From a virus (lineage: Duplodnaviria; Caudoviricetes), in the IMG/VR virus record IMGVR_UViG_3300044711_000058, positions 1-46,813 of that record: 46,813 nucleotides of DNA; one strand, 5' to 3'. Shown here one piece after another: positions 1 to 8,277 of the stretch. The notes beneath the pieces are model-generated. The model did no database searches. It was given only the letters and a program-made list of their open reading frames with translations, and was not told the DNA's origin. The translations under genes were made by a program, and so were the position numbers. Within the stretch, counting starts at the first letter, position 1; each line of letters starts with the position of its first letter.

Positions 1-118
1 TTTTTAAACCGCCATCCCTCTCGATCTATTCCCACCTTCCCCCGACCCCGTGCCATCTTTATTTGCGTGCCAACCGTCATCCTTGTCGAGATTGGCATTC
101 CTTGTTTGGTGCGCGTGA

Positions 119-850
119 TTACTCTTGACATGCGGCTAACTCGTTTCTGTCAAGTACTTTATTGCTGCCTGTTGGGTAGTACGTCCTTGCAATGTGGCGC
201 GCTAATGGCGCAGGGATCTTCGCTATTTGCGCGGATGCCGCTTTCCTGGCTGGCGACTTCGAACTACTGCGCCGCGACATGCTCGTTGGGTCATCGAACC
301 AATCGCCCCCCTGTTTAATGCCGTCATTGGGCATGTATTCCGTGTTGTGCGCGATGTTAAACCACGATCCGCCGTCGTTCTTGATTGCGAGCGTCATCGG
401 CATCAGCGCCGGCACGTCTCCCCACAGGTAGAAGCTGCCGTAGTGCCACCGAGCTCTCCCGACGTACTTCTGCGCCCCTCGAACGTTCTCCTGCACCATC
501 GGGATGAAGTGGCCCGCGGCTTCGATCGCCTCGCGCTGAATCCGTTCCGCTTGGGCGAACAACTCCATTCCGAGATACGGCGGCGGCGCGGCCTTTGCCA
601 GTTTCCACGGCATCGCGCGCCAGCTGAATTCTTGGCACGGCGAGGACGCGACGATCAGCGAGGCGTGCTTGAACTGCGCGCCGTGGATTGTCCGGACGTC
701 CTGCAACACGAGCTGGGCTGGGTAGCGATGCTCTCCGTAGGCGTGTCGCTCGATGTCGAAGCCTGTGACATCCCAACCTTCGGCGAGAAGACCTTCCGTC
801 CAGCCACCGAGGCCGCAGAACAGGTCAATCGCGCGCGGCTTTTTACTCAC
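119..850 (-). CDS. DNA (cytosine-5) methyltransferase, short phage type
   Basis: Motif I IDLFCGLGG, motif IV SSPCQEFS, motif VI ENV. Confidence 0.88.
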   Translation of the reverse strand: MSKKPRAIDLFCGLGGWTEGLLAEGWDVTGFDIERHAYGEHRYPAQLVLQDVRTIHGAQFKHASLIVASSPCQEFSWRAMPWKLAKAAPPPYLGMELFAQAERIQREAIEAAGHFIPMVQENVRGAQKYVGRARWHYGSFYLWGDVPALMPMTLAIKNDGGSWFNIAHNTEYMPNDGIKQGGDWFDDPTSMSRRSSSKSPARKAASAQIAKIPAPLARHIARTYYPTGSNKVLDRNELAACQE

Positions 851-1353
851 ATCGCCTCATGTGCTGCGTACTGCCGGAGTCTGTCGAGATCCTTGGATGC
901 CACGCCGTACCGTAGGCCGCTCGCCGTGGGAACCTTCCGTATCTCCACCTTGTACGGATTCTGACGCAATCTCCGGATCAGCCGGCCGACATCTGCGTCC
1001 GGCCCCATACTCAACGCTCGCCTGATCTGGTGCTGGTGGTAAAGCTTCCCGTCGCTCAGCATCTCCGCGAGGCGCACGGTCGTACTACTCTTCCTCTCCG
1101 GCTTGTAGGTCAGTGCCTGGGCGAGGACTTCGAGCACTTCATCAGGAAGGCCGGGCCGCGATTCGACGAGGCCGCAGTCCCACAGGAGTTGACCTACTTC
1201 GTCGAGCTTCAGCCCTCTCTTGGCCACGTAGCTCTTCATTAGGTTCGGCTCGTCGAAGGCGTGTCGCATCTCTCCGGCGTACTGGCCTGCGATGGCTACC
1301 TTCTGGCGGCGGAGTAAGCCGCGGAAGTAGGGTGCGCGTTCAAGATGGAGCAT
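847..1353 (-). CDS. Hypothetical protein, possible C-terminal winged-HTH
   Basis: 168-aa ORF coupled to neighbours; LAEMLSDGK...IRRLRQ helical pattern. Confidence 0.6.
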   Translation of the reverse strand: MLHLERAPYFRGLLRRQKVAIAGQYAGEMRHAFDEPNLMKSYVAKRGLKLDEVGQLLWDCGLVESRPGLPDEVLEVLAQALTYKPERKSSTTVRLAEMLSDGKLYHQHQIRRALSMGPDADVGRLIRRLRQNPYKVEIRKVPTASGLRYGVASKDLDRLRQYAAHEAM

Positions 1354-1696
1354 TATTGAGCCTTCTCGGCGGCGTCCGATAAACTACCTGCTGCTTCAGC
1401 GTGTCAAACCTCTCGCACTCGCAATATGACGTTACGGACGCTCCAATAATGGCATAGCATCGATACCCATCCGTGCGGTCGTGCGCAGAAAAGCCATGTC
1501 CACAACCACACGCACCACTCCCGCAAAATCCAAGCTGCCTGAGGAGCTTTCTTTCGAATTTAAGAGCACCGCCAGCAGCATGCGGGTTATTGCGAATGCG
1601 CTGGCATATGCGGCACGTCCCGTTGGAAGAGACCGTGTCAACGGTACGCAGGTGTCCACGGATGCAATGCGTTTTGTAGGTCCGGTGGAGCGTCAT
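1340..1696 (-). CDS. Cys/His-rich zinc-finger protein
   Basis: KTHCIRGH...CRIC motif and CGCGH...H...C...CECERF motif; GAGG upstream. Confidence 0.7.
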   Translation of the reverse strand: MTLHRTYKTHCIRGHLRTVDTVSSNGTCRICQRIRNNPHAAGGALKFERKLLRQLGFCGSGACGCGHGFSAHDRTDGYRCYAIIGASVTSYCECERFDTLKQQVVYRTPPRRLNNAPS

Positions 1697-1707
1697 TTTT
1701 CGCCCTC

Positions 1708-1755
1708 AAAAATTGGGGCCGAGCGACCGATGGAGGGTCAAGGCCGCCCGGCCCC
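1708..1755 (-). terminator. Intrinsic terminator/attenuator-like hairpin
   Basis: Minus strand GGGGCCGGGCGGCC-loop-GGTCGCTCGGCCCC followed by AATTTTT. Confidence 0.5.
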
Positions 1756-1909
1756 GTGCCTTACGTGCGCGATGAAGAACTGACTGCGTGGGTGGTCCCG
1801 CCTATTTTCCAGTACTCATTCAAAACCAATCAGAGAGAAGTAAGGGTGGGGCGTCACGTCTGGCACTTCAAGTTGAATTACGGGTGAGGTGGTGCCGCGT
1901 CGTCGCCCA

Positions 1910-2191
1910 TCACGATTCCTTGGTCGGACACATCCCGATCGCAAAGAAACTTGGCATCGGGTCGGATGTGGTGCCGCTGGCGACGGCGCCGCATGCGCCA
2001 TCGGTTGGTGTCGGACTGCCGATCCTGCTCACTGTTGCGAGGCATTCACGCCGCTCGTTCGTGAGCTTGGACAGGAGCGGGCTCCACGCCTCGAAAATGG
2101 CGTCGATCTCCCTGATACGCGCCTTGTTCCGCTCGCGGATGTTGTCGAGTGTCCGCTCGTCGTAGGTGGCCTGATCTTCGCCGCGGCTCAT
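1910..2191 (-). CDS. Hypothetical protein
   Basis: ATG overlaps stop of upstream gene (ATGA); helical N-terminus MSRGEDQATYDERTLDNIR. Confidence 0.55.
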   Translation of the reverse strand: MSRGEDQATYDERTLDNIRERNKARIREIDAIFEAWSPLLSKLTNERRECLATVSRIGSPTPTDGACGAVASGTTSDPMPSFFAIGMCPTKES

Positions 2192-2433
2192 TCCGGGCCT
2201 CCGGGCTGCGTGTGGCCGGGCCACTGCGCCTGATTTCTCGCATGGGCTGCCTCGATGTCGCCGGGAGTGACCGTTGAGCCGGTGAGGGTCGCGTATTCGT
2301 TGTAGAGGGCCGCCAGCTGCGCCGTGATGGCCGGAATGTCTTCGGCTTTGGCGTGCTGAAGCTGGGTCCATAGGCCGAAGATTTCGCCGATGATGATCGC
2401 TGCGCGGCCGGGATCGATTGCGGGCGTCGTCAC
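2188..2433 (-). CDS. Hypothetical protein
   Basis: GTGA coupling, GGAGG RBS. Confidence 0.65.
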   Translation of the reverse strand: MTTPAIDPGRAAIIIGEIFGLWTQLQHAKAEDIPAITAQLAALYNEYATLTGSTVTPGDIEAAHARNQAQWPGHTQPGGPE

Positions 2434-2774
2434 TTGGACACCTCCGAAGCGAGATTGATGACCTTCTGCTGAGCGGAACGAAGAGTGGCCGCGAGTGCGT
2501 CGAAATCAGCCGGCTTGACGTTACTGGCTCGCCAACTCGTGAGCGCCGCGTGCACGGCGTTGTCAGCGGCCCGCACTTCGGCCTGCGCCGTCATGAAGCG
2601 CGCATTCTGCTCGGGGGTGAGCGAGTGCGCCTGCACGGCGTTTCCTGCGTTCAGGTAGGCCTGCGAATCGATGTCGTACGCCTGCGATGCTGCGGCGTAC
2701 CCGGAACTGACGCAGCTGGTAAGGATGAGTAGCGCGATGAGCGCGAGCGTGTGAATCCTTGCGAGTCGCTTCAT
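2430..2774 (-). CDS. Putative lipoprotein
   Basis: Basic N-terminus, hydrophobic core and lipobox LTSC; GGGAG RBS. Confidence 0.7.
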   Translation of the reverse strand: MKRLARIHTLALIALLILTSCVSSGYAAASQAYDIDSQAYLNAGNAVQAHSLTPEQNARFMTAQAEVRAADNAVHAALTSWRASNVKPADFDALAATLRSAQQKVINLASEVSK

Positions 2775-2974
2775 TTTTCTCCCTTTCGTGCCATGGAACC
2801 ACTGTTCGGCGAATTGAGTATCTTCTCGAATGCGGCGATCGCGTCCCTGATCGCACGCGCCATGAAGTCCGTCATGTGCTCGCCGTTGTATCTGGCGTAC
2901 TTATAGATTTTCCGGTGATCGGATGGCTTCACGACAACCTGGAGCCTTCCATTGAACTTCGGATGAGCGGCCAT
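2771..2974 (-). CDS. Ribbon-helix-helix DNA-binding protein
   Basis: RLQVVVKP beta strand then two helices ending MTDFMARAIRDAI. Confidence 0.6.
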   Translation of the reverse strand: MAAHPKFNGRLQVVVKPSDHRKIYKYARYNGEHMTDFMARAIRDAIAAFEKILNSPNSGSMARKGEK

Positions 2975-2978
2975 GACG

Positions 2979-3212
2979 TCATCCCTTCAGCGGAAAGTCG
3001 GCGAGAACGTTCCGGAGATCGTCACGCTTGCGAAGCTCCGCGTCGGATGTGTCTTTGTCGAAGCGCGCCGCCGTGTATTTCTCGTCGGCGTACGCCTTCA
3101 GCTCGCCGATGAACGGGAAGAGCCGGGAGAAGTAGGACTGCTTTCCGCGCTGCCGCTTCGCCGGGGTCGTGCTGTCGGTGTTGGTGTCGTTGGATGTCGG
3201 TTTCTTTGCCAT
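2979..3212 (-). CDS. Hypothetical protein
   Basis: AAGGAGG RBS; promoter-like TTGACG upstream. Confidence 0.65.
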   Translation of the reverse strand: MAKKPTSNDTNTDSTTPAKRQRGKQSYFSRLFPFIGELKAYADEKYTAARFDKDTSDAELRKRDDLRNVLADFPLKG

Positions 3213-3265
3213 GGTGTTGTGTTGCCTCCTTGGTCGCGAAGAATTGCATATGTGTTATGCGTTCG

Positions 3266-4084
3266 TCAAGAGGAATCTGCTCGTTCTCCGAAGTGCCGTA
3301 GTGTGACCTCCACGCTTTGCCGTGGATTCGGGCAATCCCACTCGTCTTCGTGTCGCTGCTTCAGCATCGTGGTCGCGTAGGCCGGACTCTTAGCTTCTTT
3401 CAGTGAGCCGTTCGCGTCGATGAAGGCAGCGCAGATCCACCATGCGTCTCGGCCTGCTGCTTTTGCGTCTGCTCGCCAGTTGTCGATGTTCCGCAGCTCG
3501 ATCTTGCGCATCTTTGGCGCGGTGATTCTCAGCACATCGCGAATGAGCTTTCTTTCGGCATCGTCATCCGGCATCGTCTCGTGCGCACGCGCGGAGGATG
3601 TTTTAGAACCCAGTGTTTCTTTCTTGGGAGACGAGAGATTAGAACCTGTCTTTACTTCCGGTTCTTTTGTTAGGTTGGAACAGTCAGCGTTAGGTTGCGT
3701 TAGGTCGTCTTCCGACTCGTCTTTGCTCTTCGCGTACCAGCGTTGCTGCCGGAGTCGGTTGAAGAACGCCTTCCGCTCCTTCAGGTGGGCTTCCCATGCT
3801 ACGATGGTGTACCAATGGGGCTCGCCGGGAACGGGCACTAGGCGCCGGCCGTCCTGATCCTCGGTCGCGGAGTCGGGATCGGGCTGCTGGTAGAGCTCCA
3901 GCGCCTCGCGCGCTTCCGGGATGGTGATTCCGGCCATCGTGGCGAAATCGATCGGCGGCAGATGCGCCTTGCCGCGGAGTTTTTCGGCTTCGTAGAGGAC
4001 GACGTCCCACGCGAGGCGAGCATGGTAGGGGAGGCCTCGCAACGAGCCGGTGAAGCGCCTTCGCGAGAAGACGGCGTACTCCAA
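3266..4084 (-). CDS. Phage replication initiator / replisome organiser
   Basis: N-terminal wHTH-like domain, NRLRQQRWYAK basic segment, repeat-containing linker, position downstream of Cro-like gene. Confidence 0.65.
   Translation of the reverse strand: MEYAVFSRRRFTGSLRGLPYHARLAWDVVLYEAEKLRGKAHLPPIDFATMAGITIPEAREALELYQQPDPDSATEDQDGRRLVPVPGEPHWYTIVAWEAHLKERKAFFNRLRQQRWYAKSKDESEDDLTQPNADCSNLTKEPEVKTGSNLSSPKKETLGSKTSSARAHETMPDDDAERKLIRDVLRITAPKMRKIELRNIDNWRADAKAAGRDAWWICAAFIDANGSLKEAKSPAYATTMLKQRHEDEWDCPNPRQSVEVTLRHFGERADSS
3603..3705. repeat. Iteron-like repeats inside initiator gene (candidate origin)
   Basis: TTAGAACC x2 (3603, 3639) and GTTAGGT(TG) x3 (3669, 3689, 3699) in an AT-richer patch. 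Confidence 0.5.
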
Positions 4085-4345
4085 TCAAGCCGCCTTTCTG
4101 CACGCGTCGGAGCACGTGACTTCATCGACGATGTCATAGCCGCACTTCTTGCACTCGCAGGTGCCGAACCACTGCCATTCGTCGGTCCAGATGCCGGTTT
4201 TCTGGCAGCGCGAACAACGCCAGATGCGCGTTCCGTCTTTTTTGACGCCCGCTACGTGATCCTCAAAAATCGGGTGAATGTAGGCGCCGCCAGCGCGCGA
4301 GCACAGCAGCTTAAACAGCTTTTCCTTCGTCGCTTGGCGTCCCAT
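4085..4345 (-). CDS. Zinc-finger protein
   Basis: CSRC, CKKC, CSDAC motifs. Confidence 0.6.
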   Translation of the reverse strand: MGRQATKEKLFKLLCSRAGGAYIHPIFEDHVAGVKKDGTRIWRCSRCQKTGIWTDEWQWFGTCECKKCGYDIVDEVTCSDACRKAA

Positions 4346-4675
4346 TTAAGCGCCCTTGTTCGTCAGCACGCCGGTCCCGGCGCATTTCTTACAGGACGTT
4401 TTCAGGGCCGCGCCGCCTTCGTACCATCCGACACCGTCGCAATCATCGCAGTAGCGCCACTTCGCTTTCGGCGGCGGTGATGTCGGGCGCTCACGACTCC
4501 CGCATGTCGGGCAGCAATAGGTGCGCTGGAAGGCGTGATGAACCTTCTTGCACGCGTCCTTGTTGCTGTCGCTGCACATCCTAAACGTGAATTCGCAATG
4601 CTCCGATGGGGGCCGCGAACAGATGCCGCCCTTCTTGCCGCCAGCGCGGCCCGTGTGCATAAATTGGCACTCCAT
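4346..4675 (-). CDS. Cys-rich protein with DnaJ-type zinc-finger repeats
   Basis: CDDCDGVG and CKKCAGTG (CxxCxGxG) motifs. Confidence 0.65.
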   Translation of the reverse strand: MECQFMHTGRAGGKKGGICSRPPSEHCEFTFRMCSDSNKDACKKVHHAFQRTYCCPTCGSRERPTSPPPKAKWRYCDDCDGVGWYEGGAALKTSCKKCAGTGVLTNKGA

Positions 4676-4860
4676 CACGCCACCTTCTTTTCGGGCGTCA
4701 TGAGCCACACGAACACGCGCGCCATGGCGTCGGGATCACAGACCAACCCGCGCTCGATGCGGCTCAACGTCGCCGCGCTCGTACCGACGATCCGCGCGAG
4801 ATCGCGGAGCGAGAGGCCATTCGACTCTCGCACACCCTTCAAAAACTTGCCGAATTTCAT
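4675..4860 (-). CDS. XRE-family HTH regulator (Cro-like)
   Basis: FGKFLKGVRESNGLSLRDLARIVGTSAATLSRIERG. Confidence 0.9.
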   Translation of the reverse strand: MKFGKFLKGVRESNGLSLRDLARIVGTSAATLSRIERGLVCDPDAMARVFVWLMTPEKKVA

Positions 4861-4862
4861 GC

Positions 4863-4916
4863 TTGCCTCGCTTCGTCGTTTTATGTATAGTACGAGCCCG
4901 AAGCGATGGAGGTCAA
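4863..4916. promoter_or_regulatory. Overlapping opposed sigma70-like promoters
   Basis: + strand TTGCCT-17-TATAGT (4863-4891); - strand TTGACC-18-TACTAT (4916-4887). Confidence 0.6.
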
Positions 4917-4939
4917 CTAATCTTTGATATCTCATCAGG

Positions 4940-5352
4940 GCTCTGAGCGAGGGACAAATCGCCGGAGTGCCTGCTGAGGAGTGCCGCAATCTTGAAGGGG
5001 CTCGACCCCGTAGGGAAACGGCGGCACGACAGCGACAGGGCGGACCTACACGCTCCTTTCCACCTCGGTCCCGTAGGTGGTCGCGAAACGGGGTGACGAG
5101 CGTTGCGGCTCCGGCGCTCGGTGCAGCGAACCCGAAAGCGGGCGAGTCGGTTAATCGGTCTACTGACTGCTTCGCTACCGGAGCCGACTCGGTTCCATGA
5201 ATTCTCCTGACAACGGCAGCATTGATGAAAATGCGGCATCCAAGAACGCTGACGGAATCGCCTGATCAGCGGGACGGCAACTGCGAGACGATGCGCCCTA
5301 GGCCAAGGTACCGGCCGATCCGGTCCGTGGTCAGGAGAGTTGAGGGAATCGA
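4940..5352 (+). ncRNA. Putative large structured non-coding RNA / leader
   Basis: At least ten complementary stems found by eye, loop-loop complementarity, no credible ORF, downstream of a promoter. Confidence 0.6.
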
Positions 5353-5356
5353 AGAA

Positions 5357-5713
5357 ATGGGCGACAAGCCGAACGATGAAGCGAAAGAGGCGCCGCGCAC
5401 ATGTCCAGCATGTGGCGAGGTGTCGCCTAATTTCATGACCACGACCCGGCTGCACCGGGGCGATTGTGCGCTCGTGTCAGATGCCGAGGCATGCGACAAA
5501 CCCGAATGGATCGACGTGGAGCAGCGCGGTCTGCCTCGGCGCGGGCCTCGCTATCTCGACGTGAGGTGCCAAGCGGGCCATGTTCACCGCGTCGAGTGGG
5601 GGCCTGTCGGCTACTTCGCAATCAACCCTGATCGCCGCCTGCATGCGCCAGACGAGATAATCGAAGTGAAGGCGTGGCGCCGCGTGAAGGTGACGACGAA
5701 CAACCGGAGCTAG
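5357..5713 (+). CDS. Hypothetical zinc-finger protein
   Basis: GAGGGA RBS before ATG 5357; CPACG motif. Confidence 0.6.
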   Translation: MGDKPNDEAKEAPRTCPACGEVSPNFMTTTRLHRGDCALVSDAEACDKPEWIDVEQRGLPRRGPRYLDVRCQAGHVHRVEWGPVGYFAINPDRRLHAPDEIIEVKAWRRVKVTTNNRS

Positions 5714-6019
5714 CATGACCTACTTCATCCCTGATTCGATCCTGGAAGAGTTGCGAAGCGGAGTCGTCGATCACCTCGAATACGACGGCCCAGAAGTCAC
5801 GGCGTTCTTCGCCGATGGCTACGTGACGCACTTCAACGCGACCGCAACGCCGGAAATGATCACGGCTGATCGGCAGCAGATCCGGGAGAGCGCACGGGCA
5901 CATGGCGCATTGATCTGGAGCGGCACCATGCGCGTTACCGTGGATGATGAACGTCACGGCATGGTATTCAACCACGGAGTTTAGGATTGGACAACATGTT
6001 GACCGGAGCTAGCATGACC
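5703..6019 (+). repeat. 18-bp direct repeat ACCGGAGCTAGCATGACC (5703-5720, 6002-6019)
   Basis: Exact copies each spanning RBS and start codon of consecutive genes. Confidence 0.85.
5715..5984 (+). CDS. Hypothetical protein
   Basis: GGAG RBS, 89-aa ORF. Confidence 0.7.
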   Translation: MTYFIPDSILEELRSGVVDHLEYDGPEVTAFFADGYVTHFNATATPEMITADRQQIRESARAHGALIWSGTMRVTVDDERHGMVFNHGV

Positions 6020-6367
6020 CATCTGACGCAGCAGCAGCTTTACGATGCGATGGTGGCGCTCGACGGCATCCCTGACGACTCCGGTGATGTTCGTGCAGCT
6101 CGCGGGTCCGGCAAGACGACTACGGTGACAGACCTCATGACGCTGGAGGCGTATGACGATATTCCGCCGTCAACCAACCGTCGCGGCCGACGCACTGCGC
6201 GCCGATCGAAACACCGCCGCCGCTGGCTGCGCGAGCGAAAAGAGTTCCTGAGCCTGAAGCCCGCCGAGCCGGGAGAATGGGCCTGTCACGATCAAGTGAT
6301 GCTCGTCGTTTCGCAGCATTGGGTACGGATGACGAAGAACTACTACAATATCGAGCGGGAGTTATAG
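6014..6367 (+). CDS. Hypothetical protein with basic patch
   Basis: GGAG RBS; isolated RGSGKTT string. Confidence 0.6.
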   Translation: MTHLTQQQLYDAMVALDGIPDDSGDVRAARGSGKTTTVTDLMTLEAYDDIPPSTNRRGRRTARRSKHRRRWLRERKEFLSLKPAEPGEWACHDQVMLVVSQHWVRMTKNYYNIEREL

Positions 6368-6372
6368 TCAAC

Positions 6373-6639
6373 ATGTTGACAGATGAAGAGCTGAAGGCAA
6401 TCGAGGACAAACTCGACCGGGCGCACCCGACAACCTGCGGATGTGGAGAGTGCGTCGGCTTCGACATTTGCTACGAAGGATGCGTTGATCCGTTGCTCTC
6501 CGAGGTGAAGAGACTCCGCGCCGAGCCGCGCAACGTGGTGGTGATGATGCCGCCGATCGAAGAGAGCGCGTTCACCGAAGTCATTAAGATGCAGGCAGCG
6601 GAGATCGCCCGACTGCGGGCGCCGAAGGGTGAGCGGTGA
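6373..6639 (+). CDS. Hypothetical protein (ead/Ea22-like pattern)
   Basis: MLTDEELKAIE...LLSEVKRLRAE pattern common in phage early proteins. Confidence 0.6.
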   Translation: MLTDEELKAIEDKLDRAHPTTCGCGECVGFDICYEGCVDPLLSEVKRLRAEPRNVVVMMPPIEESAFTEVIKMQAAEIARLRAPKGER

Positions 6640-6989
6640 CTGACGAAGAGATCCAGAAGTGGCACGATTCAATGCCGGCGAACATCTGCGCGTGGGGGTC
6701 GTTCGCCCTGCGTCTCATGGATGAAGTTGCAACGCTGCGCACGGAAAACAAATCCTACCAGCGAACCATCGTCGCTCTCACGTCTGGGTGGCAGAGCGTA
6801 GCCGATGGAGCGAAGCCGGACGTCGCGTGCTGGTACGTCGCAAAGATTCAGACGCAACCGGCATCGCTTTCGAGTGGAATGACAGCATCGGTCACGTACT
6901 ACACCGTTCACGCTAGCGGATCAGAGCAACCGAGCGCCGTAAACTGCTTCCTCGTGATCCCTCCTCCTCCGATCAAGCGGGAGTCCTGA
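6636..6989 (+). CDS. Hypothetical protein
   Basis: GTGA coupling; MTDEEIQ...LMDEVATLRTE similar to previous gene. Confidence 0.6.
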   Translation: MTDEEIQKWHDSMPANICAWGSFALRLMDEVATLRTENKSYQRTIVALTSGWQSVADGAKPDVACWYVAKIQTQPASLSSGMTASVTYYTVHASGSEQPSAVNCFLVIPPPPIKRES

Positions 6990-6992
6990 CCG

Positions 6993-7340
6993 ATGCTGTC
7001 ACCCGAGCTGCGAGCGACCATCGATCGAATCAACGCATGGCAGCGCTGGCACCTTCGCGACATGATCGCTCCGTGGCGGCGCCCGCTCCGCTACTACTTC
7101 GGTTTCACCTGCGAATTCCCGACCATCGGCCCGTTCCGCAGTGTCTACGTGCGCTTCGTGTTGCCAGGCCTGCTCATCGACTACCGGGAGAACGCCGAGG
7201 ACTTCATGACGCTCCGAATCATGACAGGCTGCGGAATCTTCCTCTTCAATCCGCGCCAACTTCGCGGGGAGAACGCCATCATGCGTGGCCGATGGATCGT
7301 TGACGCCTTTCGAGAAACCGAGGAGCCGGTCCGGTGGTAA
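6993..7340 (+). CDS. Hypothetical protein
   Basis: GGGAG RBS, 115 aa. Confidence 0.6.
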   Translation: MLSPELRATIDRINAWQRWHLRDMIAPWRRPLRYYFGFTCEFPTIGPFRSVYVRFVLPGLLIDYRENAEDFMTLRIMTGCGIFLFNPRQLRGENAIMRGRWIVDAFRETEEPVRW

Positions 7341-7555
7341 ATCAACGTCTCCTCCCTCTCCATCCCGAGAGAAAGCTCCTCACCGGATGCCGACACCGGG
7401 AGCTCGTGCCGGTCTATCTCGCCTCGGCGCCACCCCTCGTCCCGCTCTACATCATGGGCTACCCCGGCGTTACTGAAACCGTGCGGAGTTGCCCGCTGGT
7501 GGGGTTCATGTGCCTCACCTGCGAGGCACAGATTCCATGGGCGTTCGCCTCATGA
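7334..7555 (+). CDS. Hypothetical small zinc-binding protein
   Basis: GAGGAG RBS; CRH...CLTC. Confidence 0.55.
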   Translation: MVNQRLLPLHPERKLLTGCRHRELVPVYLASAPPLVPLYIMGYPGVTETVRSCPLVGFMCLTCEAQIPWAFAS

Positions 7556-7749
7556 CCGACCGCCGCAAGTTCCTCCAGCTCCTCGCCTCAGCCTGCGCAG
7601 CGGTGATGTGCCGACGCCAAGCGCCAGAACAGGCCCACGCTGCCGCGGCGGGGCGAATCGGCACCATCCGGACCGCCTCCTACGTGTTCCTCAGCCCGGA
7701 AGGCATCTGGGAGCTCTACGACGACGGGACGATGGTCCGCGTCGGGTGA
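7552..7749 (+). CDS. Small protein with twin-arginine signal-like N-terminus
   Basis: MTDRRKFLQLLASACAAV; ATGA coupling. Confidence 0.55.
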   Translation: MTDRRKFLQLLASACAAVMCRRQAPEQAHAAAAGRIGTIRTASYVFLSPEGIWELYDDGTMVRVG

Positions 7750-7886
7750 CGCCTCGCGAACTCGGCGTACCTCCGCTGTAGAGGCTCTACCGGCTTCGCC
7801 ATCTCTTCCTCAACCTCCCGAGCCAGCCTGTCGCGTATCCAACCCACCGCCTCACTCAGCGCCTCTCGATCGTCGGAATCGCTCAT
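7716..7886 (-). CDS. Hypothetical 56-aa protein (not in ORF track)
   Basis: MSDSDDREALSEAVGWIRDRLAREVEEE...; weak RBS. Confidence 0.4.
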   Translation of the reverse strand: MSDSDDREALSEAVGWIRDRLAREVEEEMAKPVEPLQRRYAEFARRHPTRTIVPSS

Positions 7887-8242
7887 AAGGTACTCATCCT
7901 ACAGGATTTTTCGTCGCGTAGTCCGAGAGGGTTCCGCGAAACCGGTGCCAAGTTCTCGGGTGGGGTCTGGGGTAGGGGTCTAAATGCGGAGTGACGTCCT
8001 TAAATCCATCGCGAATAAACGCTTTACTCTTCTTACGTTTAGTGGGTGGAAACGTGTCGGCGAGGTGTGAATACGCGGGGGTTCTCAGCCCTGAAATGTG
8101 ATGCCAAGAGCTGATCAGTGCCAAGTCTTTGAAGCGTTGGCTCCATCGACACTTGTCGAAGGTGGGTGGGGGATCGGTAGGTTTGTCAAGTGTTTCCCCG
8201 AGCGGAAGTGTTGAGGATCAACGGTAATTCTCGGGGTTAGTG

Positions 8243-8271
8243 TTGACAAGCGGGCGCGGCGAACCTATCTT
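8243..8271 (+). promoter_or_regulatory. Strong sigma70-like promoter, probably leaderless transcript
   Basis: TTGACA-17-TATCTT, 6 nt before ATG 8278, no RBS. Confidence 0.75.
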
Positions 8272-8277
8272 GTGGGT

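Noticed and set aside
4995-5012. tRNA T-arm-like GGGGCTCGACCCC
   Set aside because: No acceptor, D or anticodon arms at tRNA spacing
4974-5035. Hammerhead ribozyme (CTGAGGA...stem...GACA)
   Set aside because: Core needs GAAA plus stems I and III with a UH site; here GACA and flanks pair directly with each other
5222-5356. Longer start for gene 5357-5713
   Set aside because: No RBS at 5222, sequence is stem-rich, and an RBS precedes ATG 5357
6100-6125. Walker A-like RGSGKTT in gene 6014-6367
   Set aside because: No preceding hydrophobic strand or Walker B; protein too small for an NTPase
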